Shown here: in pieces, positions 18,224 to 27,453 of the stretch
Position numbering within the stretch: the stretch's first letter is position 1
How the letters are laid out: each line of letters starts with the position of its first letter
IMG/VR virus record: IMGVR_UViG_3300020319_000005
Span: 1 to 38,215 of that record
Origin: a virus
Taxonomy: Duplodnaviria > Caudoviricetes
Reading direction: 5' to 3' (one strand)
DNA: 38,215 nt
Notes under the pieces: model-generated
Database searches by the model: none
Told to the model about the DNA's origin: nothing
What the model saw: only the letters and a program-made list of their open reading frames with translations
Made by a program: the position numbers and the translations under genes

Positions 18224-18855
18224 ATAAACTTTCTTAATCCTTCTAGTTTTTTTTCATGTGACCAAGTATTAGATGTTCTAGCTGTTATCCAATATGTATA
18301 ATCTGGTAAAACTGCTTCAGGTAGTAAATCTTTTTCTTTAATTTGATGTTCACTCTTATGTTGATATTGAGTTAAGTTTTCTATCTGCCACACATTCATA
18401 GGGTGGTCAGACGCTGGTGGATTATCAACCATTGTCTTTGCTTTTTCTACAACTTTTTTAGCCGCCTCTGCTGTAAATATACAAGCAGATACGCCGCCTA
18501 GATGTCCTTTTTTAGGTCTTTGTATTCGCCATTGTTCAACCTCTATGTTAGGAAACTCTTGTGTTTTTACTGCAAGACAATTTACTTGTGTTGCTAAGAT
18601 ATTAGTATTTTTGTAAAATGGTAAATTCAACCAACGCAATAAATAAAAGTGTTCTCTTGTAGGATTTTCTGGAAATAAATCTGTAACATCAACACTATTT
18701 ACATTATAATCATTACACTTATTATAAATTTCTTTGGTCGGTTTATACAATGCAATTAGTTTATATGAATCAGGATAAAATTTATTTAATTGACCTGCCC
18801 ATAAATCAAAATAATGTCTAAAATATATAGGATCAGCTGCACAATAAATTATCAT
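18220..18855 (-). CDS. Hypothetical protein, possibly a divergent glycosyltransferase
   Basis: IYCAADPIYF start resembles GT-A N-termini; no clear DxD. Confidence 0.6.
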   Translation of the reverse strand: MIIYCAADPIYFRHYFDLWAGQLNKFYPDSYKLIALYKPTKEIYNKCNDYNVNSVDVTDLFPENPTREHFYLLRWLNLPFYKNTNILATQVNCLAVKTQEFPNIEVEQWRIQRPKKGHLGGVSACIFTAEAAKKVVEKAKTMVDNPPASDHPMNVWQIENLTQYQHKSEHQIKEKDLLPEAVLPDYTYWITARTSNTWSHEKKLEGLRKFI

Positions 18856-19417
18856 TACCTACCTTTTGTATAAAATAACTATCAACAATATCTGATATAG
18901 GGTTACCTACTTTATCAGTATCAAATAATTTCTTCAAATCAATTTTAGTTTCTTTCACAAATGCCTCATACATTTTATCTTTATCAGCATTACCTTTTCC
19001 AGTAGCACCTTTTTTAACAACACTAGGTACAACGGTATTGTAACCATAACCTTTTTCAAGTAATCTATATTTAAGTATACCACAATTTTCAGCAATCTGA
19101 AATAGTCCTTGGCCTTTAGAACCAAAAGAGTAGCCTTCAATAAAAATTGTTGGATTGTTTGTTGTGAATAATATATCAAAAACAAAATCTGATATGTAAG
19201 TAAATCTTTGTATTGGGTCAGTCCATTCTTTATGTTCATAACCTATAATATCCTCACTAATTTGACCTGTCCACTTTTTTTTAGAAGTTAGATAAAAATA
19301 TTTTAAACTACCATCATTTACACAAACAGCAGGACTTGTTAAACTATAATCAATTCCAATTATCGTCTTCGTCTTCTTCTTTGTTGACCCATTCAACATC
19401 ATCTTGGTCTTCTTCAT
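18833..19417 (-). CDS. RuvC-like Holliday junction resolvase
   Basis: IIGIDYSLTSP, IFIEGYSFG, VVKKGATGKGNADK, SDIVDS acidic tetrad; start uncertain. Confidence 0.8.
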   Translation of the reverse strand: MKKTKMMLNGSTKKKTKTIIGIDYSLTSPAVCVNDGSLKYFYLTSKKKWTGQISEDIIGYEHKEWTDPIQRFTYISDFVFDILFTTNNPTIFIEGYSFGSKGQGLFQIAENCGILKYRLLEKGYGYNTVVPSVVKKGATGKGNADKDKMYEAFVKETKIDLKKLFDTDKVGNPISDIVDSYFIQKVGNDNLLCS

Positions 19418-19538
19418 TCTCTACCTCATATCCACAAAAAGGACATGTAAGAGGCTCTAAATCTTGCTCTTCAATATCCCATGTTACGGTATATTTAGTT
19501 TCACAGGAGGTACAGACTTTTTTTGCTTTTTCTGGCAT
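19350..19538 (-). CDS. Zinc-ribbon protein with acidic tail
   Basis: CTSC...CPFCG; TAATG coupling to nrdB. Confidence 0.75.
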   Translation of the reverse strand: MPEKAKKVCTSCETKYTVTWDIEEQDLEPLTCPFCGYEVENEEDQDDVEWVNKEEDEDDNWN

Positions 19539-20641
19539 TATAGTTTAAATTTTTTAAATTGGTCTTTTGTTACATCTTGTTTAATACCACCAATAACATA
19601 AGATTCAATCTCTGTTTCTTGTGGAGCATTTTGTGTACCTTTTGAATTTAACCAATGGTCTACCCATGGTAATGGATTTGTTTTTTGGTCGTACATTGGA
19701 TTTAGACCAATGCCTTTCATTCTTCGGTTTGCCATGTACTCTACAAATTGATGTAATAGTTTTTCTGATAAACCTATCATACTGCCTTTTGAAAATAGAT
19801 AAGTTGCCCACCTTTTTTCCTCTGCTAATGCGTCATCATACATTTTATAAACTTCTTTTTCACATTCTTTTCTAATCTTTAACATATCTTTATCATCATT
19901 ACGGTCATGCCAATTATTAATAACCGTTTGCGACATTGCAAGGTGTTGACTTTCATCTCTTGCAATAAAAGATATAATCTTAGCAGAGCCTTCTAAAAGT
20001 TTTAATTCACCAAATGCAAAACTACAAGCAAATGATACATAGAAACGAAGACCCTCTAATATGTTTACCGTCACCATTGCAAGATACATTTTCTTTTTAA
20101 GTTCATATAAATCAATCTTATCTTTATCAAGGTGCCATTTATAACCCATTTCAATTAAATCATCATAGGTTTTTGTAACAGATTTACTTCTTTTCTCTAT
20201 CTTTTCATCTTCAATAATAGTATCAAAGATTTCATTTGGATTAGAATATAAATTTTTAATAATGTATGTATAAGACCTTGAATGAATTGTTTCCATAAAG
20301 TCCCAAGTAACAATGCAACCCTCTAATTCTGGATTAGAAACAAAAGGTAAAAATGCCAAACATGGACCTCTACCTTGAACACTATCTAACATAGTTTGAT
20401 ATTTAAGATTGCTTGTAAATATAAACTTTTGTTGTTCAGATAGGTCTTGATAATCATTTCTATCTTTTTGTAGAGAAACTTCTTCAGGTCTCCAAAAATA
20501 ACCTAGTTGTTGTTGATTTAATTTATCAAATATAGGATATTTCATATCACTATATTGTTGTACTTGTAAATCCTCACCAAAAAACATAGGCTGTTTTGTG
20601 AAATCTAGTCCTTTTTCTCTGTTAAATACGCTTCTACTCAT
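19538..20641 (-). CDS. nrdB: Ribonucleotide reductase class Ia beta subunit
   Basis: FWRPEEV, LDSVQGR, ETIHSRSY, LEGLRFYVSF, RDESQH, APQETEIESY. Confidence 0.97.
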   Translation of the reverse strand: MSRSVFNREKGLDFTKQPMFFGEDLQVQQYSDMKYPIFDKLNQQQLGYFWRPEEVSLQKDRNDYQDLSEQQKFIFTSNLKYQTMLDSVQGRGPCLAFLPFVSNPELEGCIVTWDFMETIHSRSYTYIIKNLYSNPNEIFDTIIEDEKIEKRSKSVTKTYDDLIEMGYKWHLDKDKIDLYELKKKMYLAMVTVNILEGLRFYVSFACSFAFGELKLLEGSAKIISFIARDESQHLAMSQTVINNWHDRNDDKDMLKIRKECEKEVYKMYDDALAEEKRWATYLFSKGSMIGLSEKLLHQFVEYMANRRMKGIGLNPMYDQKTNPLPWVDHWLNSKGTQNAPQETEIESYVIGGIKQDVTKDQFKKFKL

Positions 20642-21308
20642 TTATTGGTTCCAGTTCTTTTTGCATTTTCTCGCTCTCCGTTAGTTCATAAAAAAATTTA
20701 TCGTCATCACCTGCTGTCCATTTTTGTTCGCCCTCTACACTATACTCCTTGGTGGACACCTTAAAGTCAGGAAATTTTAACTTACTAGGTGTATAGCTTT
20801 TATCATAGAAGATAACTCTATTGTTAGGTTGAGCGGCAAAATGGCCGTTCTCTAACTTTAATATATTAAATGACTTATGTTGTGATGGTACTTCACTATA
20901 AGTTACATTTCTTTCTAAATTTGTACTATTCGCATTATCAATTGTAAACATATACCAACCTTGATACCATTTTTTATTTGGCGACAAATACTTACATTGA
21001 TTACCTGAAAGCATTTGTTTTTCAACAATCGCAATATCATAACTAAAACAATCCCATAACTGCAATTCTGTAAGAGGAACATCCTCTGTTACATCTGTCT
21101 TCCAAGTAAAAGCACTAATAGGTAATTTATCATACAAAGCACCATACTCTGGTATATAAGTTTCAAAGTATAATGCTCTACCTTGAATAGACTTTGCTGT
21201 TACCCAAACGCCTTCTACAAATTCTCCATGTCCTTTTTGACCGTCATATAGATACTCCTTCTTAACATACACATCTACATGAGGTGTATTGACACACAAA
21301 TATGCCAT
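20634..21308 (-). CDS. Conserved hypothetical protein between nrdA and nrdB
   Basis: 224 aa, SD GAAAGG; motifs KKEYLYD, LQLWDCFSY, FTID, HKSFN, AAQPNNRV. Confidence 0.8.
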   Translation of the reverse strand: MAYLCVNTPHVDVYVKKEYLYDGQKGHGEFVEGVWVTAKSIQGRALYFETYIPEYGALYDKLPISAFTWKTDVTEDVPLTELQLWDCFSYDIAIVEKQMLSGNQCKYLSPNKKWYQGWYMFTIDNANSTNLERNVTYSEVPSQHKSFNILKLENGHFAAQPNNRVIFYDKSYTPSKLKFPDFKVSTKEYSVEGEQKWTAGDDDKFFYELTESEKMQKELEPINE

Positions 21309-21319
21309 ATGTTACCTTT

Positions 21320-23635
21320 CTATATTGTACAACTTTCGCAATCTTCTTCAGCTTGCAAAGTTGCTGGTTCCGTTTCTTCTACCTTGTCTTGCCAACCTAT
21401 ATTATGAGTTGGTTCATCAATATCTTTTTTAGCGTCATATGTATTTTGATAATATGAAGTCTTCCAACCATATTTGTATGTAGATAAAAGGTCTTGAGCC
21501 ATTACTGAAACAGGCACCTGATTATCTTCATAATTTTCTGGATTGTAAGACCAATTACCACTAATTGCTTGGTCAAAATACTTTTGCATTACTGCAACGA
21601 TATTTATATATCCTTCATTCCCTTTCATGTCCCATAAAAGAGTATAATTATTTTTTAATCTGTTATAATCTGGTACGACTTGTTTCAATGTACCTTTTTT
21701 AGACTTTTTAACAGATAGGTAATCTCTAGGTGGTTCAATGCCGTTTGTGGCATTGGACACTACACTAGAAGATTCAGACGGCATTTGAGCTGATAATGTG
21801 CTATGTCGCAGCCCATGTAATTTGATATCTTTTCGTAGTTGTTCCCATTTCATGGTCAGTTTTCTGCCTGAAAGTTCATCAACTTCTTTTTTGTAAGTAT
21901 CAATAGGTAGGATACCGTCTGAATATTTTGTACGGTGAAAATAATCGCATTGACCTTTTTCTTGTGCAAGTTCATTACTCGCTTTTAACAGATAATATTG
22001 AAAGTTCTCTGTCAATTCATCAACTTCTTTCCACGCTTGTTTATCATTATAATTTAATTTTAGTTTTGCCAGATAATGTGCAAGACCAATATAACCTATT
22101 CCTAGACTTCTTCTTGCCTTTGTAGATACTTCGGCAGCTTTAACTGGATATTTTTGATGTTCAATAATTTCATCTAAAGCTCTTACTGCAAGGTCACATA
22201 AACTTTCTAAATCTTCTAGGTAACTTAATTTACCAACATTGATTGCACTTAAAATACATAATGCAATCTCACCTTTACCATCAATATGTTGAATAGGGTC
22301 AGTAGGTAATGTTATCTCTTGACATAAGTTTGACATATAAATTCTGTCTTTAAAACTAGAATGTGTATTACAATGGTCAATATTCATTATGTAAATTCTA
22401 CCTGTTTCTGCTCTTTCTTTTAACATATCAAAAAACAAAGATTGAGCTGATACTTTCTTTTTACTTACACTTGTTTTTCTTTCTGCTGTTAAATACAAAT
22501 CATCAAACTCTGGTGTACCCCAAGACTCATACAATTCTGGTACTTCGTGAGGTGAAAATAATGTTATATCTTCATCATTAATAAATCTTTCGTAAAATAA
22601 TTTAGATAGTTGTATAGAGTAATCTAATTTTCTAACTCTATTATCTTCGGTACCTTTATTATTTTTTAAAACAATAATATCTTCTATTTCTTTGTGCCAA
22701 ATAGGGAAATGAACCGTTGCACTCCCTCCTCTAACACCGTTTTGTGTGCAACACTTAACTGTTGCTTCAAATTTTTTGAGGAATGGTATAACTCCTGTGT
22801 GCTGGACTTCACCGCCTCTAATTCTGGAATTGATTCCTCGTATTCGTCCGGCATTAATACCGATACCAGCCCTTTGTGCAACATAACTGCCAATAGCCAT
22901 ATCACTAGAGAAAATACTAGGCAAAGTATCATCAACATCAACCAACACACAACTAGCATACTGCCTAATAGGCGTTCTAACACCGGCCATAACAGGTGTT
23001 GGTATATTGATTTTAAATTTTGAAATTGCGTCATAATATTTTTTAACATAACTCATCCTTTTGTTCTTCGGATATTTGGCAAACAAAGTAGCAGATATCA
23101 TCATGTACATAAATTGAGGTGTTTCAAAAACCTCATTTGTGCTTCTATCTTGTACCAAATATTTGTCTATAACTTGTCTTAATCCTGCATAAGTAAAGTC
23201 ATAATCTCTTTCATGTGTTACCCAATTTTCCATTCTGTCAAAATCTTTTTTGTCATACCAATTTAAGATTTCAGAATCATAAACACCTTTGTCAACACAT
23301 TTTTTCACATGGTCATAAATGTGTGGGTGGTCCCACAATCTACGAAAAATTTGTTTTCTTAAACTATAAAGAAGTAATCTAGCAGCTGTATATTGATAAT
23401 TAGGATTTTCTAAAGAAATAAGGTCTGAAGCGGACTTAATTAATATTTGCTGAATTTCATCTGTGGTCATGCCATTATAAAATTGTAAACCACTATTCAT
23501 CTCTACTTGTGATGAAGAAACTCCTGATATATCTTCACAAGCATACTCAACCATTTCGTGTATCTTTTCAATGTTAAGAGGTTCACTACCTCTGCCGTTT
23601 CTTTTTTGTACATTTAAAATTTCTTTATTTACCAT
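21320..23635 (-). CDS. nrdA: Ribonucleotide reductase class Ia alpha subunit with ATP-cone
   Basis: VQKRNG ATP-cone, PTPVMAG, QYASC, SNLCQEI, MPSESSS, KTSYY, C-terminal CESC. Confidence 0.98.
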   Translation of the reverse strand: MVNKEILNVQKRNGRGSEPLNIEKIHEMVEYACEDISGVSSSQVEMNSGLQFYNGMTTDEIQQILIKSASDLISLENPNYQYTAARLLLYSLRKQIFRRLWDHPHIYDHVKKCVDKGVYDSEILNWYDKKDFDRMENWVTHERDYDFTYAGLRQVIDKYLVQDRSTNEVFETPQFMYMMISATLFAKYPKNKRMSYVKKYYDAISKFKINIPTPVMAGVRTPIRQYASCVLVDVDDTLPSIFSSDMAIGSYVAQRAGIGINAGRIRGINSRIRGGEVQHTGVIPFLKKFEATVKCCTQNGVRGGSATVHFPIWHKEIEDIIVLKNNKGTEDNRVRKLDYSIQLSKLFYERFINDEDITLFSPHEVPELYESWGTPEFDDLYLTAERKTSVSKKKVSAQSLFFDMLKERAETGRIYIMNIDHCNTHSSFKDRIYMSNLCQEITLPTDPIQHIDGKGEIALCILSAINVGKLSYLEDLESLCDLAVRALDEIIEHQKYPVKAAEVSTKARRSLGIGYIGLAHYLAKLKLNYNDKQAWKEVDELTENFQYYLLKASNELAQEKGQCDYFHRTKYSDGILPIDTYKKEVDELSGRKLTMKWEQLRKDIKLHGLRHSTLSAQMPSESSSVVSNATNGIEPPRDYLSVKKSKKGTLKQVVPDYNRLKNNYTLLWDMKGNEGYINIVAVMQKYFDQAISGNWSYNPENYEDNQVPVSVMAQDLLSTYKYGWKTSYYQNTYDAKKDIDEPTHNIGWQDKVEETEPATLQAEEDCESCTI

Positions 23636-23644
23636 TAATCTCTC

Positions 23645-24643
23645 CTAACATTTCTTATAATAACTTAATTTAGTTAAAGCTTCTAACTTAGCAAAGGTGT
23701 TTTTACTTATAATAGTTTGCACCTCTGCTTTACTCATTCCTGCAACAATCATATCATTAATGTCTTTATGACGCATATCATCTGGCCACACTACCAAGTT
23801 GTAATCTTTTTCAATAACATCATACATTCTTTTTATAATTTCTTTATTTCTAGGCTCGTTATCAAATATGTAAGTAACATTATTAGGTTCAACTCTCAAT
23901 GTCAAATCTGCACCAGCAGCCGCCAAACAATTATTTAAGAATAAACTATCAATAGGTCCTTCAACTATGAATATTTGTTGTTGAAGATTTACTCTCTCTA
24001 GTCCATAAACTTTTTGTTTGTTTTCGTCTGTCTTAATTGTTAAGTATTTTGGTTGTTCATTACCAAATGCACGGCCTTGAAAAGCAAATACCTTTTCATC
24101 TACATCATAAAAAGGTATAATCAGTCTAGGATGCTCTCCCTTTGTGTGTGGAAAGGTACCTGGTTTTACTTTGTTAACAAATGTCATAAACTTATTACAA
24201 AGAAATAATTTAGAAAAAAACTGATTAGGTATTTTTCTTTTCACAACATATTGTCTAACTGGATGGTCCTCTTTCAACTCACTTACTGGTTGAAGACCAT
24301 CTAACATATCAACTTCTTTAAACTTTGGTTTAAAGTCGTTAAATTTCGGCTGAGGCGTGGAGGGTGCCGACCCTTTATATCTTTCTAATAAGTATTGTTC
24401 GTATTTTTTACTATCAATAACTTTTAAAAAATTAGTTAAACTTTGTCCTTCACCACAATTATGGCATTTGAAGAACATATCGTTTTTTACACGATAGAAA
24501 TAAGCTCTTGCCTTTGTTTTAGATTTCTTTGAGTCACCACAATGAGGACATCTAAAATTAAATAGATAATCGCCTTTCTTTTTAAACTGCGACAATCTGG
24601 CAGAAATTTCATTAATATATTTTAAATCAATATAACTGGACAT
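23645..24643 (-). CDS. 61: T4-like DNA primase (gp61)
   Basis: FRCPHCGDS...FKCHNCG zinc finger, FQGR, IVEGPIDS, FDNEPRN, KDINDM TOPRIM motifs. Confidence 0.95.
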   Translation of the reverse strand: MSSYIDLKYINEISARLSQFKKKGDYLFNFRCPHCGDSKKSKTKARAYFYRVKNDMFFKCHNCGEGQSLTNFLKVIDSKKYEQYLLERYKGSAPSTPQPKFNDFKPKFKEVDMLDGLQPVSELKEDHPVRQYVVKRKIPNQFFSKLFLCNKFMTFVNKVKPGTFPHTKGEHPRLIIPFYDVDEKVFAFQGRAFGNEQPKYLTIKTDENKQKVYGLERVNLQQQIFIVEGPIDSLFLNNCLAAAGADLTLRVEPNNVTYIFDNEPRNKEIIKRMYDVIEKDYNLVVWPDDMRHKDINDMIVAGMSKAEVQTIISKNTFAKLEALTKLSYYKKC

Positions 24644-24654
24644 AGCAATTTTCT

Positions 24655-24683
24655 AATATACACTAAACTCATAATATTGTCAA
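24655..24683 (-). promoter_or_regulatory. Sigma70-like promoter for the primase-nrd operon
   Basis: TTGACA-17 nt-TATATT; only 11 nt to the primase ATG, no SD. Confidence 0.8.
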
Positions 24684-24762
24684 TGCTGGAAAAAACTTTC
24701 CTAGTAAAAAATAGCCTCCGTATTTCCGGCGCTGATTTCTCGGCCGTTACACTCCAGCTGGA

Positions 24763-25185
24763 CTATCTCATCATGTCTAGGATTTCTGTACCGTTTAAGG
24801 CAATAAACCAACCTATAACAATAGCACCACCCATAATCAACCATCTATACTTCTCTAGTATACCAACTCTCCCGCCAATGTCAAGCTTAAGTTGTTTGAT
24901 TTCTACGAGTAGTCTTTTTTCTACATGTTGGATTTCTTTTGTTAATTCTTTGTGAACATTGTCTATCTCTCCAGCTCTCTCTTTTAATTTGTCAAAAATA
25001 ACATCATCTAATTGTTCTTGTCTGGAGATTTTTTCTTCATGTACGGCTAACATAGATTTAACACAGGTTGACACATCTGTAAGTTTATCAATAGCAGTGT
25101 CTAAACGACCTTGAATACTATTAACATTTTCTATATCTTTTTTAAGGCCTTCAATCTGTACCTTAATATCTGTATTATCTGGCAT
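24763..25185 (-). CDS. Coiled-coil protein with C-terminal TM (XhlA/holin-like architecture)
   Basis: Long heptad region, MLAVHEEKI motif, TM WLIMGGAIVIGWFIAL. Confidence 0.75.
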   Translation of the reverse strand: MPDNTDIKVQIEGLKKDIENVNSIQGRLDTAIDKLTDVSTCVKSMLAVHEEKISRQEQLDDVIFDKLKERAGEIDNVHKELTKEIQHVEKRLLVEIKQLKLDIGGRVGILEKYRWLIMGGAIVIGWFIALNGTEILDMMR

Positions 25186-25197
25186 TAATTATTCCTA

Positions 25198-25290
25198 CTA
25201 AAATTCTCTATCAATCCATTTATATATTGACCAATTATAATACAATAAAAGGCCAGTAATTAAAATAAGATTTATTGTTCCGTAATCCAT
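25198..25290 (-). CDS. 30-aa membrane micropeptide
   Basis: MDYGTINLILITGLLLYYNWSIYKWIDREF; starts 2 nt after the FecR-protein stop. Confidence 0.55.
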   Translation of the reverse strand: MDYGTINLILITGLLLYYNWSIYKWIDREF

Positions 25291-25292
25291 AT

Positions 25293-27452
25293 TTAGTCCG
25301 TTTGTATGATTGTAATATTATTTTGGTTGGTACTATTACCAACATCAAGGTGTTGAGCTTCTTTATCTTGTAAAATCTGTAAGTCTGCTTCATTAGCAGT
25401 TTCAGTTTTTACATAAGCTCTATGGTTGTCGTTATATCTATTTATAATTGTGTAGTCGCCTGAAGTTGAGGCAGTTGCGTCAAATTCATTATTTAATGTA
25501 GAGTATCTACCAGTTCTTGTTTCTGAAGATGAACCTGTAAGTTCGTTTGATGTTGTAATAGTTTGTGTTATATCACCTGTATGGTAATTTAATTCTTCAC
25601 CACTAGCAGTTACCTCTGTTTCTACTTCGGAGTTATCAACCCATTCTGTACCACATGCTGAATTTGCTTTATCCCAATAGTAACCATACCATTCACAATC
25701 CCATTGATTGTCTATATCTGCTAACCATTGTTCTAATTCTGCGTCTATATCATAATCATCTTCATAAGTGTATTCTTCTTCCCAACTATCTTCAGCTTGT
25801 TCATCTTCCCAACCAGAATACCACCAATCATTTACTTTTTGCCAGTAAATATCCCAATCGTCCCATGTCCAATCTGCAATGTATTTGTCTTTTAAATCTT
25901 TTATCTTCCATGGTTTAGGTTGGTCAGGACACATCTCCCAATTAGGGTAAGTTCCACACCAACCATATAATTTACCAAATATTTTTTTAGATTCTTTTGT
26001 CCAACTATCAAAAGTTACTTTTAAATCCCAATCATCTTTATACCATTCGTTTAGGTAATCAAGGTATTCTTGGTTACACCAAGAGGGGTCGTAACCATTG
26101 TAATCACAATAGTTTGCTTGTGTTAATGTAGGAGGTCCACCGTTATTAATATATTCTGCATTTGAATAGTAAGCGTCATCCATATAAAAATCTTCCCAAG
26201 TATATCCATCTGAAACATCAGCCTCTGTTTCATCTTTTGTATCTTCAACTACATCAACTGATTCTGTTTCTACATTGTAAGAGGCAAGACCATATTTTTC
26301 TAAAGTTTCATTGTATGCTTTATCGTATGCGTCCCAATCTACCTCGTCCCAATTTACATTATCCCAATCAATAGTATCCCATGTACAATCTGAACAACCT
26401 ATAGCGTCAAAATATGCTTGGTCCATTTCTGCATACATACTCTTTGCGTCATCCCAATCCATCTTTTTTTCACCATCTGCGTCCCATACTGATATCTCAT
26501 TGTTTTCATCTATAATATCCCACTCTTTTAAATCATCTTCCCATTGGTCATAATAAGAAGTATCTACCTCTGATTCTACAGCGGCTGTGTCTAATTCTTT
26601 TTCTTCTTTTGATTTAGTTTCTACTATCGAGTCTGTTTCACTAACTGACATATCAGTAGCAACAATTGTATTTGTATCTTCTACAACACTTGCCTCTTCA
26701 TTTATAAGTGCTTCCTCCATGTCTTGTGCTTTAGTTTCTTCTTTAGACATTTCAGTTTTCTTATCTGTATCACCAAAAGATTTACTTGTGTCTTCTTTAA
26801 TTTCTTTTTCAATGTCTTTTAATTCTATGATATCAGATTTATTAGTTTCTATTTTTGGTGGTGTTGGTGTTAAATTGTTTGAAGTAACCGAAACTGAATT
26901 GTAAACATTAGTAATTGTTTGAGAACCTGCGTCTGTTGATACCGTTACTTGTCCTACTGCACCATTACTATCTGGTAATAAAGTGATTGTTGCCACACCT
27001 GAAGTTTCTACCGTTGCTGAAAAAGCAGTACCTTGTACCGTTACCGTGGCAAATCCAGCATTAATATTTACCTCACCACCTAAATTAGATACTGAACCTG
27101 ATTCATAGGTAAAAGAACCTACATTTACGGTTACAGCCATTGCTAATTCTATTGGCACTTTACTTGTATCAAAAGCAAATTCGTCAATTGATTTTTCTGT
27201 ATTAGGTCCCATTGTAAACTTTGTACCATCAACATAACTCAATATCATACCACCATCTTCACCTGTTTGTAAAAAGTCTTTCATTTGTAATTCATAACCC
27301 ATTATAACTTTTTCCGTACTACCGTCCCTTTCGTTAAAAGTTGACCCCATTTGGCCAGTAATTTCTCCTACTTTAGGACCTGTTATTTGAGCTGAAGTTA
27401 AACTAGTACAGAAAAGTACCAGTATTGATACTAGTAAAAAGAGTTTTTGCAT
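25293..27452 (-). CDS. Exported FecR-domain protein with acidic Trp/Asp/Tyr-rich region and curlin-like C-terminus
   Basis: Signal peptide; FecR-like LQMKDFLQTGEDG..I...DGT...MGPNT...GSF....G...ATVTVQGTAF; C-terminus ADLQILQD...QNNITIIQTD. Confidence 0.8.
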   Translation of the reverse strand: MQKLFLLVSILVLFCTSLTSAQITGPKVGEITGQMGSTFNERDGSTEKVIMGYELQMKDFLQTGEDGGMILSYVDGTKFTMGPNTEKSIDEFAFDTSKVPIELAMAVTVNVGSFTYESGSVSNLGGEVNINAGFATVTVQGTAFSATVETSGVATITLLPDSNGAVGQVTVSTDAGSQTITNVYNSVSVTSNNLTPTPPKIETNKSDIIELKDIEKEIKEDTSKSFGDTDKKTEMSKEETKAQDMEEALINEEASVVEDTNTIVATDMSVSETDSIVETKSKEEKELDTAAVESEVDTSYYDQWEDDLKEWDIIDENNEISVWDADGEKKMDWDDAKSMYAEMDQAYFDAIGCSDCTWDTIDWDNVNWDEVDWDAYDKAYNETLEKYGLASYNVETESVDVVEDTKDETEADVSDGYTWEDFYMDDAYYSNAEYINNGGPPTLTQANYCDYNGYDPSWCNQEYLDYLNEWYKDDWDLKVTFDSWTKESKKIFGKLYGWCGTYPNWEMCPDQPKPWKIKDLKDKYIADWTWDDWDIYWQKVNDWWYSGWEDEQAEDSWEEEYTYEDDYDIDAELEQWLADIDNQWDCEWYGYYWDKANSACGTEWVDNSEVETEVTASGEELNYHTGDITQTITTSNELTGSSSETRTGRYSTLNNEFDATASTSGDYTIINRYNDNHRAYVKTETANEADLQILQDKEAQHLDVGNSTNQNNITIIQTD

Positions 27453-27453
27453 T

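Noticed and set aside
21601-21608. TATAAATA inside nrdA
   Set aside because: It lies about 290 nt from the next start, within a coding region of an AT-rich genome, and cannot be distinguished from chance.
19538-23635. Intron or intein in nrdA/nrdB
   Set aside because: Both ORFs are uninterrupted and of normal class Ia length, with contiguous motifs.
24684-24758. tRNA gene (7-bp acceptor-like stem, 75 nt)
   Set aside because: No TTC T-loop, no canonical D-arm and no 7-nt anticodon loop; kept only as a structured-element finding.
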